This document shows, one piece after another, positions 62,138 to 64,000 of a DNA stretch of 64,000 nt. Source of the DNA: Psammoneis japonica (taxonomy: Eukaryota). Position numbers and translations under genes: made by a program. The notes beneath the pieces are model-generated. The model was given only the letters and a program-made list of their open reading frames with translations. It was not told where the DNA came from and ran no database searches. Position 1 is the stretch's first letter. The number at the start of each line of letters is the position of its first letter. Where the stretch lies: positions 679,681-743,680 of the forward strand of contig QPGO01000023.1 of the NCBI GenBank assembly GCA_008632985.1, written 5' to 3'.

Positions 62138-63178
62138 TCAGTCTGACTTCTTTCGCTTTGGAGAAAAGAAGTTCGTTATTGTGTTTTGAGGCTTCTTCGG
62201 CGCGCATGGTATTGGTTCCTGCGCCAATGAATAGACTCGTTCCAACAGTTGATGAGCGTTCTTTGGCATGGCGGCCCAACCTTCACAAGTCGTGCCTAGT
62301 TTCGCGATGGGCTCCAAGTCATTAAGCATAAAACAAAATACCGTCAATCCATCTTGTCGCCAGCTATGGATCTGAGTAGCTATGCGGTCAAGTTGCTCAG
62401 GACTATAGTCGTAACGATGCTCGTCGTTCGAGCCGTGCAGTCTGATATACACAAAGTCAGCAGTGGATGGAGCCTCCTTTGCTATTGAAGCTAGGTCTTG
62501 TAAGGAATACTGATCTCTGAACGAAGAGCCTAATGTGTTGTCGCCGCGGCCTGTGATGCTGGTGCCCTGTGTGTATCGCCCGACAGAGTTGGGATGATAG
62601 ACCAAGGCCCAATTTTCTCGATGCAGCAAAGACCGTACTTCTTGATTGTTGTAGGTTGTAGCATTCCGAAACTCAAACGCTAAACGCCCCGTGTATTCAA
62701 TTCTCTTGACCAGACTGGAAACGCTTTGCAGCTGCGATGTTGTCACGGCAAGGGATTGCGGACACTGAATCAAAACCACAACTTTCTCTGATAGCGTCTT
62801 TGCACGTTGTAAGAAGATTTCCAATTCATCAATATTCAATTCCGTTTGATTTTCATGGGTTATTGTCTTTTTCGCCTTTAGAACAAATTGAAAGTTTGGT
62901 GCAGCGTGACGCCTCCATTTTGCAATCGTTGCGTCAGTTGGAAGGCCATAAAACGTGCCGTTTATCTCGACGGAGTCAAAGTGCTGCTGATAGTAATTCA
63001 ATTGTCTTTCTGAATCATTACCGACCAATGTCTTGGGATAAAAGTTCCCTACCCAGTTAGAATTCGAAAAGCCGGCACAACCGCAGTGAAATCTACCCAA
63101 CGTAGCTGCCTCTGAACCTTTTGTTGTCGTTGATGGAGCTCTTGCTACGCCTTCAGGCTCAACTTCCTTACGTTTCAT
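62138..63178 (-). CDS. DUF72 (YecE-like) protein
   Basis: WVGNFYP, YYQQHFDSVEINGTFYGLP, FVLKAKKTITH, LIQCP, AFEFRN, FVYIRLHG, YDYS. Confidence 0.92.
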   Translation of the reverse strand: MKRKEVEPEGVARAPSTTTKGSEAATLGRFHCGCAGFSNSNWVGNFYPKTLVGNDSERQLNYYQQHFDSVEINGTFYGLPTDATIAKWRRHAAPNFQFVLKAKKTITHENQTELNIDELEIFLQRAKTLSEKVVVLIQCPQSLAVTTSQLQSVSSLVKRIEYTGRLAFEFRNATTYNNQEVRSLLHRENWALVYHPNSVGRYTQGTSITGRGDNTLGSSFRDQYSLQDLASIAKEAPSTADFVYIRLHGSNDEHRYDYSPEQLDRIATQIHSWRQDGLTVFCFMLNDLEPIAKLGTTCEGWAAMPKNAHQLLERVYSLAQEPIPCAPKKPQNTITNFFSPKRKKSD

Positions 63179-64000
63179 GACGAATCACTCCAGTGAACGT
63201 TTTGTAAAGGTGTCCTTGAGATCAATGTTGGCATCCACAATCCACAACGTGAACTCGACCCAAGCTACAGTAAAGCCTTTATTTCTTTTATTTTTTTGAT
63301 GATGTGCACAGACTCGTTTCAGCGAGCATCCGACATCCGACAAAGATAAAGTGGCACGTTTCGCGCGTTTTGTGTCGCGCGCAATGTTTGGCAGTGCGTT
63401 ACGTTGTGGGGGACGTCTTCGGAAGTGAGACTGTCGAAGAAAGTTACGTAGAATTTGTACTAAAACAGTCTGTCAATCAGTGCGATTGGGTATTTGGGAC
63501 CTCTGGACAGATCCGACGTGTTTTCTTGTGCGTACAAATTGTACTGGAAAAAACCCCAAACGCACTGGCGATCAGACCGCCTTCGACGATCTCACTTCCA
63601 AAGACGCCCCCCAATTGTGAGTTGCGAGACAACGAACTGGAACCTGGAACAGCAAGAGCGTTATTATCGCTATCGTTATTCAGGTGTGTTGTGTTCCCCA
63701 TGGAACGGCATATCAGATGATTATGTGTTTCTATTTTCTAGTATATTGTTGTTGGAGCGTGAAATTTGGTTTTGGCATTGGTGTTGACAACGTCGCAATT
63801 CACGTAAAACGAACGCGCCGCACGGTACTTTTTGCAACTCGCTCGTCACCTCTTCATGTACTGTAGTTTTTTCGCATGTCGATTCCTTCTTTTTTGCGCT
63901 AACTATCTTGTTGCTTCTTTGCATAAAATCTTTGTTATCTCTTAAGCAGTCAAAGAATAAGGTCATAGCACAATATGGTATTTCAGGGACAAGACGCGTG

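Noticed and set aside
63304..63966. Short ORFs at the window end
   Set aside because: No recognisable motifs; may be part of a gene extending beyond the window.

Overview
Eukaryotic genomic window, probably from a diatom or other stramenopile (compact genes, short GT-AG introns, diatom-type retroelements). Two gene-dense flanks (~1-17.6 kb and ~45.7-64 kb) enclose a ~27.5 kb island of nested, decayed repeats (~17.75-45.3 kb). Flank genes: Mpv17/PMP22, EAF-like, UPF2, ChrR-type cupin, a 7TM chemoreceptor/ion-channel-like protein, AsaB/CmcJ-like, ankyrin, ankyrin plus MUT-7/EXD3-type exonuclease, an acidic Tyr-rich beta-propeller, TMEM222, methyltransferase, GT90, NIPSNAP, a phosphoesterase-like protein, GTPBP1/2 and DUF72. 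The island holds a CRE-like non-LTR element, an inverted pair of copia 5' ends, a TIR element, ~175-186 bp satellites and a gypsy integrase. Main observation: the island is stripped not only of CpG but also of TpA, both apparently converted to TpG/CpA. The direction can be read from duplicates of an intact gene, a tRNA primer-binding site, likely TA target-site duplications and conserved Tyr codons. This points to a repeat-targeted, RIP-like hypermutation process with an A:T->G:C component at TpA, opposite to fungal RIP. Boundaries are sharp; an intact GT31 gene inside the island and two young MITEs outside it are spared. All assessments are by eye; no counts or searches were run.
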